Shown: positions 17,601 to 26,487, counted from the first letter of the stretch. The stretch is DNA of 64,000 nt from Candidatus Woesearchaeota archaeon (GCA_038874135.1 JAVZCZ010000001.1:751219-815218), one strand, 5' to 3'. Numbers and translations are program-made. The notes: generated by a model not told the origin, from the sequence alone.

Positions 17601-18652
17601 AACAATCTTATATTGAATTATATAACAACACACCTTATGCAGAAGCTACCTATAATTTATCTGCAGGAACTCATTACTGGAATGTTAGCTGCTGGGACTA
17701 TGTAAACCATACGGGCTTTAGCGAAACCTGGAACTTTACAGTTCCACTGCCAGACATCACAGTTTCAGCAATTGAATTCATTTATAATACCACAAACCCA
17801 GAAGAAGGCAAACAGCTGATGATAAATGCAACTGTAGAAAATTTAGGGAAGTCCAATGCAAACAATTTCTTAGTGCAATTCTTTGACGGAAATCCCGAAG
17901 ATGGGGGAATTCAGATTGGAAACAATATAACAATGAGTTTACAGCCGCTATCTGCTTCATACGCAATTATGAATTGGACTGCCTCCTTGGGAACTCACAA
18001 TATATTCGTGCTAGTAGATCCTCCAATAGCAACCAATGGAACGGTACAAGAAGAAAATGAGAGTAACAACATAGCTAATAAAACAATACTCATACAAAGT
18101 TGGCATTTCATCTACGGTAACCTTAGCGGAGAATTAGGACTTAGCAGCCAGCTCTATTCGCTGTTATTCCTCTGGAATGTTAGCGACGCCAACAATAGTA
18201 ATATATTTGCAGTTGACTCTGACAGCAATATTGATTGGGGAAGTCTAAAACCATTAGGATTGGATGTGAATAATCAAGCATCTCCCTACGACTTTTCAGT
18301 TCTAGACCAAAAACTAGGTATGTCAAATTATGAAGATTCAATAAACTCAACTTACACCGAGGGAGAATCTCCCAAAATGACAGAAACATTTACAATATAC
18401 GGAAAGCAGATAGAAAATGTTCCGGTAGCATATTCAATTAACAGCTCCAATTTTAAAACAGGAATACTGTGGGACACTTCCGATGGGAACACATACTTTA
18501 ACGGAACTCAGGATGTAGTTTTTGTAACTAAAACCAATATGAACGCACAGGGCAGTTTTGATCAGACAGACTACGAAATGCGCATCCCATCTAACTTGAA
18601 AAATTATATTGGCTCAAATCCAACAGTAGCATTATACTTAGAGATAAGATGA
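11612..18652 (+). CDS. Giant secreted glycoprotein (2346 aa): signal peptide, N-terminal ELWKC domain, ~14 Ig-like domains in alternating A/B subtypes, CARDB-like domain, conserved ~185-aa C-terminal domain; no C-terminal TM anchor
   Basis: The signal peptide is MNSSKFFKLIILGFIIVVGLLSQSKADS. Repeating units NCSLxINGxxNQT...W.VxCTD alternate with SCNLTxDGxxN...YYWNVSCRDxAGN. It has well over 100 N-x-S/T sequons. DITVSAIEFIYNT...ENLGKSNANNFLVQFFDGNPED...EENESNN is a CARDB signature. The ATGA overlap links it to the next gene. Confidence 0.9.
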   Translation: MNSSKFFKLIILGFIIVVGLLSQSKADSIQAVYGNTQLILTDKPQYTLGESVKINILIPTQLLSGMNVEIDTPASRYQLLDSNLSEVYFTPQQEGNYTIKISSAAGNLISSTSFLVLRKSEVEIPSSDSTSPKLSAKNWKGNYQKILRQEYLPANKKLSIEFSELSIQKIDFYNVSNPNGELKIEDVPLSYVENFSGRAARSFAIDPTLLEFTYAEIYFTATANELWKCREYDFSTRSCAGRYVKIMDTIPGRQYILHLTKEDPLYTEVWNNITCTCQNTGPNNGWAYCEVFCPVNIPIPTDALDGFIQILGYNVTITTSYPAGGYITPNSGMHYGFFDRDQLKSNGNESLIGYVAYDGPGTTTQLIYNTSMAPSGAYAFNRANCPTWTSGYCTWYVFLNSTAKSSKVKRPVTVNITLNSINWTWNYTTPAPSNITINLTSPADNTALGFRNVNFSYIPISSSPVSNCSLFINITGSWNAVATSYSIQNNSVNSINYTLSNDGEYLWNIRCYAGDISSFALYNRTLIVDTAPPSVTLLSPNNNSFSNTSIISFIYNVSDNFNIANCSLILDNVLVATSYAVTKYVPQNITYALSNGVHNWSITCFDFAGNFNISESRIINISAVPTIWDRRWYETSTSDYTSTANISLANLRDSTENSISVSVPVSTSYTLVDAISPYIGSNGAFVPKGTNVSFSGEFSTSPNAKGVISWFLYQTEGSTKNLLCNYGNGGSLGAPISSTTTASCTIQNDTLMLPTNRLQLIIIYYNNFKNLVSVTHYWDGTRLSFVEFSNFTTLGTLSVDLSYPDTDITVGQNELFNMSCTVNCSGGSCLNTLVYAQYNTSSTAFTNIGSSGNLILNTGETNPHSLGNINQSYTTTFLIKGNLASTNNIRCVAVSNYSNATGQIIRRVVVGDTTPPTVSLGNPANFSWLKSKTVTIYYTPSDNSGITNCSIYLNDILNYTLNSVPNGIEQNFTFHNLSDGLYNWTVACTDNSALTTRAAEKWFYIDTQNPSVELHQPENFIVLGSSLVLFNFTAYDEMAFNLSCNLTADNIIRISGINSLNSTPTIVNYTLSMGQHYWNVTCRDLAGNINTSETRTFNITNTPPEVTLISPPNNYWDRIGNITFIFNATDTGLISNCSLIINGQLNQTKNSTFLTNGINNFTILNMESGVYLWEVNCTDEGNLSTIAGPFTLNVDKSVPSVQLVFPSNYYNSSASSIVLQFITTDAHSANLSCNLTIDGILNSTDIIAQNNSLVSQPITFYDGIHNWSVSCSDLAGNLNSTNTWYFNISEKPSVSLSSPAPNAWTNGNVTFTFTASDNDGLYNCSLLINGAVYQTKNSSQLTNGGQNNFTVTNLLEGINQQWTVICFDLGIYKNFYSPSTRIFHVDKTPPAITLNYPADSAQIKQKNVSFNFSASDNFASNLYCNLSINGQINTSEIAVQSGSSVIVNVSGFPNGLYYWNVSCRDYAYNVNWSETNSFNVSVPPEVFLEYPLEGQWDNSENVTFYYLVTSNAELQSCSLIINGQLNQTDNSPVSSAYNNFTIFLMPEGYYTWMVNCTDSYWLTGSSNLRNLTIDRQAPWIVLNSPSNSSIVDSNYVTFNWTAFDMMADNISCDLYVDDYLRESEIYSKNGTPTTRTYIYSDGTYYWNVSCRDPAYNINWSQTYNFTVEAPPNVTLISPSNYNWSTAYSITFAYLPQDPIGIRQCTLYFDGSPNQTDYDIEANQLNYFTINPISEGVHTWSVNCTDSDWNTYMPPAFTLYIDRTPPTIVIESPVNLSVFSIPDVTFNFTAIDMLSDNISCKITINGNLNRTITVQNDTPYNFTIVKMSDNIYYWNVSCSDLAGNANASNTMQFTVSAIPSIIPISPANLSWSEVSQITFYFNATDNDGLSNCTLLINGVANQTKSSGLINGGINNITSTLTEGEYDWSIACTDSGIFYNLNLSAPQKIFVDLNSPLIVLYAPLSGSITENNSPVLNFTASDTMYPIMYCNITLDGKLKQSYIELYNNTPYAEATYNLSAGTHYWNVSCWDYVNHTGFSETWNFTVPLPDITVSAIEFIYNTTNPEEGKQLMINATVENLGKSNANNFLVQFFDGNPEDGGIQIGNNITMSLQPLSASYAIMNWTASLGTHNIFVLVDPPIATNGTVQEENESNNIANKTILIQSWHFIYGNLSGELGLSSQLYSLLFLWNVSDANNSNIFAVDSDSNIDWGSLKPLGLDVNNQASPYDFSVLDQKLGMSNYEDSINSTYTEGESPKMTETFTIYGKQIENVPVAYSINSSNFKTGILWDTSDGNTYFNGTQDVVFVTKTNMNAQGSFDQTDYEMRIPSNLKNYIGSNPTVALYLEIR

Positions 18653-21600
18653 AACGCAGCATAACTTTTGGAATAATTTTTCTACTTTTAATAGCATTAT
18701 CTCTAAAAATTTCCAGTGCGAGCTGTCCGGAAATAATACTTTCATCCAACACCACTATAAAAGATGTAGATATAAAAATAAAAGTTTCAGGGCAGACACA
18801 AGAGTCAGAATTAGTGATAAGAACGCCTTCAGGTCCGTATCGTCTTTTAGGAGATATTCCTTCCCTTACAAGCTTTACTCCAAAAGATGTAGGTAACTAC
18901 TCTGTTGAAGTTTGGCAGGACAAAGTGCTGTGTGACATAAAAAATTTTACCGCACTACCTCACAATAACTCGACACTATTCCTTCCGCCAATACTTTCCA
19001 CAGATAAAAAAGAATACCACTTAGGTGAAGCTGTTAGAATTTCACTCTCACCAGAATATTACGGTTACTCAATTGAAGGTTTAAATTTAAAACTGTTGAC
19101 AGGACAGCAATCCTACTCTCTCTTAGGGGAAATATCTGAGGATATAGAATTCCGACCTGTTTTTGAGGGTAACTATACAATTCTCTTATTAGACTCCATT
19201 GGAAATACTCTTGCTTCTGAAAGCTTTTCCGTCTACGCTTTGAATAGTTACTTTGTTAATAACTTATCTATTAAAAAACGATTTTCGGACAAATTTGAAT
19301 ACAACATCAGCACTAATTCAGAAGACATGATTGTTGAATTCTCAAACTCCTTCATTAAAAGACTAAACCTAAAGAAACTATCTTCAAGTAATCTGGCGAT
19401 AGTTAGGATTTCAGAGTTACTGCCGGAAGAGAGGAGCCGTCTGAATATTCCTACAATTGGAGGTGAAATTAAAGAATCTTTTGAATTAGATCCTTCCGCC
19501 CTAAACTTTTCAGAAGGTGAACTAACAATTGTCCCTTCAGGAAATGAGCTGTGGAAGTGCACTGATTGGAATTATGATGCTCAGTATTGTGTCGGAAGTT
19601 GGATCAAGCAGCAGAATCTTGTTCCCGGTGTTGAAAATGTAATTAAGTTTAACCTTTCCGATCCAGGATATGCTATTGTTGCAACTGCTAACATAACTTC
19701 AATAGCAGCAGCAACCCTCTCTGAAAACTCTTTTGTAGTAGCATATTGCGATGATACAAATGATAGAACTGCTTTCAAGGTTTTCTGGGCTAATGGGAGT
19801 GTAAGAACTAATGAGGTGATAGTTGATTCAACTACTGGAAATTGTGGTTACACCTCAGTTTCTGTTTCAGCACTTACCAACAACTCTTTTGTTATCGGAT
19901 GGATTGATACTGCCAGCAGTTATGCCAGCTTCGCTGTTTATGATGCCTCTGGAAATGTTATTACTCCAAGGGTGGATGTGGATACTACTGCTGGTACTTC
20001 CCGTTCTGTGAGTGTGTCTGCTTTTAATAGTTCTGCTTTTGTTTTTGGTTGGTATGATCAGGCTTCTGCTTATGCTTCTTTTAGGACTTTTAGTTCTTCT
20101 GGTGTGGCTATTTCTTCTGTTGTTAATGTGGATACTACTGCTGGTACTTGTAATGCTGTTTCTGTTTCTGCGGTTAATTCTTCTGCTTTTGTTTTTGGCT
20201 GGTATGATCAGGCTTCTTCTGATATGACTTTTCGTACTTATACTTCTTCTGGCGTTGCGATTTCTGCCGTGACTGATGTGAATACTAAGGTGGGTACTGG
20301 TTCTTTTTCTGTTTCTGTTGCTGCTTATAATTCTAGTGCTTTTGTTATTGTTTGGTATGATCAGAGGCTGGGTTATGTTAGTTTTCGTCAGTATTCTGTT
20401 GCTGGTGTTCAGATTGGGAGTCAGGTTAATCCGGATACTGCTGTTGGGACTACTGCTTCTGGTGTTTTTGTTTCTTCTGTTGGTGTGAATTCTAGTGTTT
20501 TTGCTGTGGGTTGGAATGATTTGACTACTGATGTTGTTAGTTCTGTGAGGACTTATAGTGGTGCTGGTGCTGCTGTTTCTTCTGAGGTGGTTGTGCAGGC
20601 TAATGCTTTGAAGTATAATGCTCTTGCCGGCTACTACCCTGCTACAGGCATAGGTTTCTGCAATGGAAACTTTGTAGCAATAATTGTTAATACTTCTTCG
20701 CAGGCATTTTTTAAAGCATACATGCCTAATGGAAGCGAATGGGACGGAAACTGTCCTGATGTTATACCGCCTCAAGTTGTTCTGAATAGTCCTCAGCAAG
20801 CCGCTGTCTTCTATAGTGATACTGTGGATTTTAATTTTACAGTAACCGACAATGTAGATTTAGTAATTCCAAACTGTACCCTTTGGATAAACACTTCATC
20901 AACATTCTCTCCAAACATAACAATTTACAATATAACCTCTAATAAGATGAACAACATAACTCTATCTCAAATTCCAGACAACAAATACATTTGGAATGTC
21001 AGGTGTTATGACAATGCAGGCAACTCAGCATTTGCTTCTTCAAATTTTTCATTATTTATCAACAAGAATCCACCTCAAATCTTGAACCCCCTCCTGAATG
21101 AAAGTACAGTAAATCAGAGCCATTCAGTAAAGTTTAATGTCTCAATAACCGATTCATATGGTATAGACTCTGCATATATAACTATGATGTACCCAAACGG
21201 TTCATCAAATAATTATTATCTTAATAGAAGTGGGAATGAATTTTACTTCATAATTAATAATACAATCCAGATAGGAACATATTCTGTGATATATGTGTGG
21301 GCTAATGATACCCTCGGACAAAACTCTTCTCTAACCCTTTCAGATCTCCAGTTTAATGTCACGCCTTCACCACCTGCTCAATTCAACCTTTTAAGTCCCC
21401 CGAATGCAACAGAGTCAACAAACCTGCGACCAAACTTGACTTGGGAGACATCTTACGATGAGACATTCCTTAATTATACTATTCAGATTTCTCAGGATGA
21501 AAACTTCGCAACAGTACTCTTTACATATTATAATCCGGGTGTTTATAATACTTCAAGAGTGCTGGATTATGCCCTAGAAGCGAATAAGAAATATTACTGG

Positions 21601-24600
21601 CAAGTTATTGCATACGACACCTTTGGCAATTATAAATATTCAACAAATTACTTCTCATACATAACTGACACTTTGGCACCTTCCATCGTGCTAAATATGC
21701 CGGGAAATCTTTCATTCATAAATTCTACACAAGTCAACTTTACATTTACACCTTCAGATGCTAACACGATATCAAGATGTACTCTCTACCTAAATGTCAC
21801 AGGAGCATTCCTCCCTAACACAAGTATAACTCAAGTTGTTAAAGACACTCCAAATTTAATACAAGCTGAAATTAAAGATGAGGGCGCCCACTTGTGGAAT
21901 ATCCTGTGTAATGATAGCGCAGGAAATTCTGCGTTTGCTCCTCAGAACTTCACCTTTATTTCAGATCTTAACCCGCCCTCAATACAACTATTAAGTCCTC
22001 CCAACGGCAGTACATACAACATTTCCAATTTTGTAAATTTCACTATAAATGCATCTGATAGGATATCCGCAGTATACCGCTGCACACTCATAATAAATGG
22101 ACAGCCCGTTCTTACTTCTTATTCTGTGCAGGACGGAGTGCCATACACATTTCAGTATTTCTTGCTGAATGGAAATTACTCCTGGCAGGCAGAATGTTAC
22201 GACTTAAACGGTCATTCAAACCTTTCTTATTCCTACAACATTTCAGTTTTAGTTATTGATTCAGTACCTCCAATCGTAACCTTAACTAGCCCCGCACAGG
22301 ACCAATACCTTTCCAGTAAAACAGTACTATTCAATTATACTCCGCAAGACGCTACTGGAATAAAGAACTGCACCCTATTTATTGATGGCAATGAAAACGA
22401 AACTGACTTTTCTGTTAGGAACTTGGAACCAAACTACTTCTTATTAGAATACTTAGAGGACGGGGTTCATAACTGGACTGTGCTCTGCTTTGACAATAGC
22501 AGCCAGCAGAACAGCTACGCACCCACCCCTGTAAGGTTCTCAATAGATACAACTCCGCCATCAGTAATTCTTATCTCTCCAGAAGATGGAGTTCTTACTA
22601 ATAATTCTCTAGTCACCTTTGTATACGCACCATCAGATGCAAATCTTGAAAATTGCTCCCTCTACACTAATTCTTCTAGCGAGTGGATGATGGAATCAAC
22701 AGACTTCTACCCAATTAATAATCAGCAGAATGTTTTTCAAAAATCAGTTGCGGATGGAGTTCTCGTTTGGAATGTTGTTTGTTATGATAAGGGCGGGCTC
22801 TCCAGCTTTGCTGACTTTAACCGAACATTGAATGTTGATACAACTCCGCCGCGATACGCCAATATAACTCTGATCCCGACAAGCCCAACTGAATATTCAC
22901 CTTATGGGGAGTATTACTTTAATATAACATGGATTGATGATTTTAATTTGTCATCTGTATATTTTGAGAGCAACTTTTCAGGAACCTTTGAGAATGAGAG
23001 TCCCAACCACTTTGAAAACATTTACTATGTTCACAAGACAGGTCTTAACTCAGGAACATACCAGATTAGGTGGTACGCTACTGATTCGGCAAAAAATCAG
23101 AACGAAACCCCGGCAATTCAGTATGATATAACTAAAGCAGAGCCTAACCTTACTTTAAAAATAAACAATTATTCTTATAATTTGACTGTTGAGGAAGATA
23201 GCATAGTTAATATCTCAGCAGAGCTCTTAGAGCCACCCGGAGCATACCTCTCTATTTATATTAACAATAATCTCATTACTAACGGAACTTCTCCTATTTA
23301 TACTACTTACAACTTTACAGAGCCTGGATCTTATAATGTTACTGCGAGCTTTGAAGGAAGCCAAAACTACCTTTCAGCATTCAGAACAATAATTGTAAAT
23401 GTCTCAGACACTACACCCCCAATTATAGTTCCCATCTTCCCGCAGAATAACTCATTCATAGGGGAAAATCACATTGTATTTTCTTACAATGTAACTGACA
23501 GCAGCCAAATTGCCAACTGTTCTTTATTCATAAATAGAACATTAAACCAGAGCAATACCAGCATACAGAATGGAATAAACTACTTTGAAGTTGACTTTCA
23601 AGATGGCAACTACTCCTGGCACCTCTCCTGTTATGACGAGTTTTCAAACTATGCTGAAAGCCCGGAGATATACTTCACTTCAATAAGGTCAGATAAAATA
23701 ATTGCTTCAGCACATCCTCAACAGCCGCAGTACCAAAAGGGTGAAACGGCAATACTTATAGGAAATACTACGAGCATCTTCGGAACACCATTAGATACAA
23801 ATATTTATGCTAATGTAATAAGAGGCAATACTACGATAGAATGGTGGAACACTTCATTCAAATACAGAAGGCCTATATTTATAAATAACTCAATGAACGC
23901 TTCAACATACTTGCAGGCGCTAATCAACATTTCAAACCTTAGCGCTTCAATTTCTAACTGTTCTGAACTCAGAATTGTAATGAACAACTCTTTTGAGCAC
24001 ACCCTAATCCCCTCAGAAGTACTCTTAGAAGAGGGAAATGCTTCGTGCCTGCTAAGATTTAATGCGAATGCTTCTGCACTCGCCACGAATGAGAACAACT
24101 ACTATGTATATTACGGAAACTCAGGAGCAGGAGCCCAGCAGCAGCTTCCAGAACTTGCAGGCATATCAGTACAGCGTAAGTCTGTTGTGGGAACTACAAC
24201 TTCAATCACTGATACGATGAGTGAGGTGAATACTTCAAGAGCGTTCCTGCTTTTCAGCGCCAATGTCGCCAGCTCAACTCCTGCAGTTTGGGAAATAACG
24301 GGAAGAATATTATCCTCAACGCAGGTAGTGTTTGAAAGATACTCGGGAACCACATCTGCAAATATATCCTGGCAGGTTATAGAAGGCTCAGAGATTAATG
24401 TGCAGAGGGGAACCGCATCATTTGGAGCTACACAATCAAATACTACAATACTTATAGATAGTGTTAATCTAAACGAGTCTTTCATAATAATAACCGGAAG
24501 GACCAGCAGCACCACAGCAGGGAATGCAAACATGGGCTTCTTTAGGGCAATGTTCCTTAACTCTACTGCAATTTATATTGAAAGGGCTACAACTGGAAGC

Positions 24601-26487
24601 ACTGCTGTTGCAGAATGGCAGGTAGTTTCGTGGAGTGGTGCGAGAGTGCAGAGTGGAAACATCTCTTTCATAACAGCTTCGCAGAGCGTCCCCATAGAAG
24701 AGGTTAATCTTTCCAGGAGCATGCTGATATTCAGCACTGCTGTAACTGGCAACACCAGGATAGGAGCTAACATGATTTTTGGCAACTTTACCAATTCCAC
24801 AACAGCATACTTCTCAAGAACGAATGCTGCAGGAACAGCATATGTTTCCTGGTTTGCAGTTGAGCTTCCCCAATACTACTCAGTACAAGCCGGAACAGTT
24901 TCAATCACAGCAGATACCAATGTTCAAATATACCCCGTGCGCACTGAGAAGACATTTCATCTGCACTCAGCTTCAGCAGTAGGAGCAACCAGCACTACCT
25001 ACTCTGATGCCCTAATAAGAGCCGAGCTAACAAATAGCTCAAATCTTATGCTGGATAAGGTGTCTGGCACAAATACCAACTATGTTGCCTGGTTTGTAGT
25101 AGAAGAAAAATATCTTTCAGCTAATTCGGGAATGGAAGAAGCTTTAATGGCATACAACTACAACTCCACATTGACAGGGCTTTACACTCTAAGTTGGGTT
25201 TCCGGAAAGAGCCCGGTGGGCAACTACACCTTTGTATACTCTGCAACAAAAACTAATTACTCATCTGCAAGGGCATACTCCACATTTGAGATAATTCCAG
25301 ACACAACTCCGCCCAATGTTACGCTTGTAAGCCCACTTCAACTTGAAAAGAGGGGCGTCGGAAATATAATCTTTTCCTACATACCTTATGACTTGAACCT
25401 TCTAAACTGCACACTCTACCTTGGAAAGGACGGAACTTTTTCTCCGAACATTACGAGCACGAGTCCAATAAATAATGCAGTAAACAATCTTTCAGTATAC
25501 TTAGACATCGGATTATACACTTGGAATGTGCTTTGTAGGGACAGTGAAGGAAACTCTGCATTTGCTCTGCAGAACAGGACACTTAACATAACAGGCCCAG
25601 ACCTATACCCTGTTGCTGTTTGGTTTAGCAACACGCCCAGGATTGAGACCGTTAACACAACCATCTTTGTTAACATTTCTAATAAGGGGCTTTCTGATTG
25701 TACTAAAAACTTCACTGTTGAGTTCAGGAGAAGTGGGCTGCTCATAGGCAATCTGAGTGTGCAGGGGCTGCTGATTGGCGAAGTTAAAAGCTTGAACTCT
25801 TCATTCCTGTTAGGTCCCGGCATTAATAATTTAAGTATTAGCATAGATCCTGATAACAGGATTAACGAGTCGGACGAGTCAAACAACAATGCTTATGAGG
25901 TTATTGCTGTTGAGTTTTATCAGTACTATTACGGAAATCTTAGCTTTTTACAGGTTTTGAGCAAGTCCTCAAACGAGTCTGTATTCACTTGGGAAAATTC
26001 AAATCCTGAAGATGGGGTTATTTTAGTTGCTGATATTGATTCAAAATTTGAGATTGGAAACTTAAGAGCCCTGACTCGGAATGCAAATGGGGATCCAGTT
26101 ATAAATGATCTTTCAGAATTGGATGAGGCTTTTAATTCTTCAAATCTTAACGATTCTATTAAGAATGTGTGGGGAAACGGCACTGACATTCCAATAATGA
26201 CTGCCAACTTTACGATAGGACAGTTTAATATTTCTAACGTTCCGGTAGCATATTCCAGAAATTCCACTTCTTCAATTACGGGAATACTCTGGGACTCTGC
26301 AGATGATTTAAGCCACAACCTTCAGTATGACAGCTCTGATAGGGAAGATATAGTTCTAATCACAAAGATTCACCCGTTAGCAGACTGTTCTTTTGGTAGC
26401 TGCAATTATGAGATAAGAATTCCAGCAGCTCTACGCTCTTACAAGCCTAACACCGACCTCGTAGTTTTTTACACCATGCTAAACTGA
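18649..26487 (+). CDS. Giant secreted glycoprotein (2612 aa): signal peptide, ELWKC domain, ~7 beta-propeller-like 50-aa blades (four inside an exactly duplicated cassette), Ig-like repeats, FN3-like domain, four ~110-aa jelly-roll-like repeats, CARDB domain, conserved C-terminal domain
   Basis: The signal peptide is MKRSITFGIIFLLLIALSLKISSASC. Blades have the form xVDTTAGTxxSVSVSAxNSSAFVFGWYDQASxYASFRT. Repeats such as RAFLLFSANVASSTPAVWEITGRILSSTQVVFERYSGTTSANISWQVIEG occur four times. Nucleotides 19969-20624 are identical to 30550-31205. Confidence 0.9.
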   Translation: MKRSITFGIIFLLLIALSLKISSASCPEIILSSNTTIKDVDIKIKVSGQTQESELVIRTPSGPYRLLGDIPSLTSFTPKDVGNYSVEVWQDKVLCDIKNFTALPHNNSTLFLPPILSTDKKEYHLGEAVRISLSPEYYGYSIEGLNLKLLTGQQSYSLLGEISEDIEFRPVFEGNYTILLLDSIGNTLASESFSVYALNSYFVNNLSIKKRFSDKFEYNISTNSEDMIVEFSNSFIKRLNLKKLSSSNLAIVRISELLPEERSRLNIPTIGGEIKESFELDPSALNFSEGELTIVPSGNELWKCTDWNYDAQYCVGSWIKQQNLVPGVENVIKFNLSDPGYAIVATANITSIAAATLSENSFVVAYCDDTNDRTAFKVFWANGSVRTNEVIVDSTTGNCGYTSVSVSALTNNSFVIGWIDTASSYASFAVYDASGNVITPRVDVDTTAGTSRSVSVSAFNSSAFVFGWYDQASAYASFRTFSSSGVAISSVVNVDTTAGTCNAVSVSAVNSSAFVFGWYDQASSDMTFRTYTSSGVAISAVTDVNTKVGTGSFSVSVAAYNSSAFVIVWYDQRLGYVSFRQYSVAGVQIGSQVNPDTAVGTTASGVFVSSVGVNSSVFAVGWNDLTTDVVSSVRTYSGAGAAVSSEVVVQANALKYNALAGYYPATGIGFCNGNFVAIIVNTSSQAFFKAYMPNGSEWDGNCPDVIPPQVVLNSPQQAAVFYSDTVDFNFTVTDNVDLVIPNCTLWINTSSTFSPNITIYNITSNKMNNITLSQIPDNKYIWNVRCYDNAGNSAFASSNFSLFINKNPPQILNPLLNESTVNQSHSVKFNVSITDSYGIDSAYITMMYPNGSSNNYYLNRSGNEFYFIINNTIQIGTYSVIYVWANDTLGQNSSLTLSDLQFNVTPSPPAQFNLLSPPNATESTNLRPNLTWETSYDETFLNYTIQISQDENFATVLFTYYNPGVYNTSRVLDYALEANKKYYWQVIAYDTFGNYKYSTNYFSYITDTLAPSIVLNMPGNLSFINSTQVNFTFTPSDANTISRCTLYLNVTGAFLPNTSITQVVKDTPNLIQAEIKDEGAHLWNILCNDSAGNSAFAPQNFTFISDLNPPSIQLLSPPNGSTYNISNFVNFTINASDRISAVYRCTLIINGQPVLTSYSVQDGVPYTFQYFLLNGNYSWQAECYDLNGHSNLSYSYNISVLVIDSVPPIVTLTSPAQDQYLSSKTVLFNYTPQDATGIKNCTLFIDGNENETDFSVRNLEPNYFLLEYLEDGVHNWTVLCFDNSSQQNSYAPTPVRFSIDTTPPSVILISPEDGVLTNNSLVTFVYAPSDANLENCSLYTNSSSEWMMESTDFYPINNQQNVFQKSVADGVLVWNVVCYDKGGLSSFADFNRTLNVDTTPPRYANITLIPTSPTEYSPYGEYYFNITWIDDFNLSSVYFESNFSGTFENESPNHFENIYYVHKTGLNSGTYQIRWYATDSAKNQNETPAIQYDITKAEPNLTLKINNYSYNLTVEEDSIVNISAELLEPPGAYLSIYINNNLITNGTSPIYTTYNFTEPGSYNVTASFEGSQNYLSAFRTIIVNVSDTTPPIIVPIFPQNNSFIGENHIVFSYNVTDSSQIANCSLFINRTLNQSNTSIQNGINYFEVDFQDGNYSWHLSCYDEFSNYAESPEIYFTSIRSDKIIASAHPQQPQYQKGETAILIGNTTSIFGTPLDTNIYANVIRGNTTIEWWNTSFKYRRPIFINNSMNASTYLQALINISNLSASISNCSELRIVMNNSFEHTLIPSEVLLEEGNASCLLRFNANASALATNENNYYVYYGNSGAGAQQQLPELAGISVQRKSVVGTTTSITDTMSEVNTSRAFLLFSANVASSTPAVWEITGRILSSTQVVFERYSGTTSANISWQVIEGSEINVQRGTASFGATQSNTTILIDSVNLNESFIIITGRTSSTTAGNANMGFFRAMFLNSTAIYIERATTGSTAVAEWQVVSWSGARVQSGNISFITASQSVPIEEVNLSRSMLIFSTAVTGNTRIGANMIFGNFTNSTTAYFSRTNAAGTAYVSWFAVELPQYYSVQAGTVSITADTNVQIYPVRTEKTFHLHSASAVGATSTTYSDALIRAELTNSSNLMLDKVSGTNTNYVAWFVVEEKYLSANSGMEEALMAYNYNSTLTGLYTLSWVSGKSPVGNYTFVYSATKTNYSSARAYSTFEIIPDTTPPNVTLVSPLQLEKRGVGNIIFSYIPYDLNLLNCTLYLGKDGTFSPNITSTSPINNAVNNLSVYLDIGLYTWNVLCRDSEGNSAFALQNRTLNITGPDLYPVAVWFSNTPRIETVNTTIFVNISNKGLSDCTKNFTVEFRRSGLLIGNLSVQGLLIGEVKSLNSSFLLGPGINNLSISIDPDNRINESDESNNNAYEVIAVEFYQYYYGNLSFLQVLSKSSNESVFTWENSNPEDGVILVADIDSKFEIGNLRALTRNANGDPVINDLSELDEAFNSSNLNDSIKNVWGNGTDIPIMTANFTIGQFNISNVPVAYSRNSTSSITGILWDSADDLSHNLQYDSSDREDIVLITKIHPLADCSFGSCNYEIRIPAALRSYKPNTDLVVFYTMLN
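19969..20624 (+). repeat. Copy 1 of an exactly duplicated ~656-bp cassette encoding four 50-aa beta-propeller-like blades
   Basis: It is identical to 30550-31205 at an offset of 10581. The identical + ORFs 20012..20227 and 30593..30808, and the identical antisense ORF segments, confirm it. Blades 1-2 inside the cassette are ~85% identical to each other at the nucleotide level (150-nt period). Confidence 0.9.

Noticed and set aside
19867-20799. 310-aa antisense ORF (and 30460..31284, 274 aa) rich in Ser/Arg/Asn/Ile/Thr, plus poly-Leu ORFs 20012..20227 and 30593..30808
   Set aside because: The cause is the same: alternative frames and the antisense strand of the skewed propeller cassette. There is no start context and the products are low-complexity.
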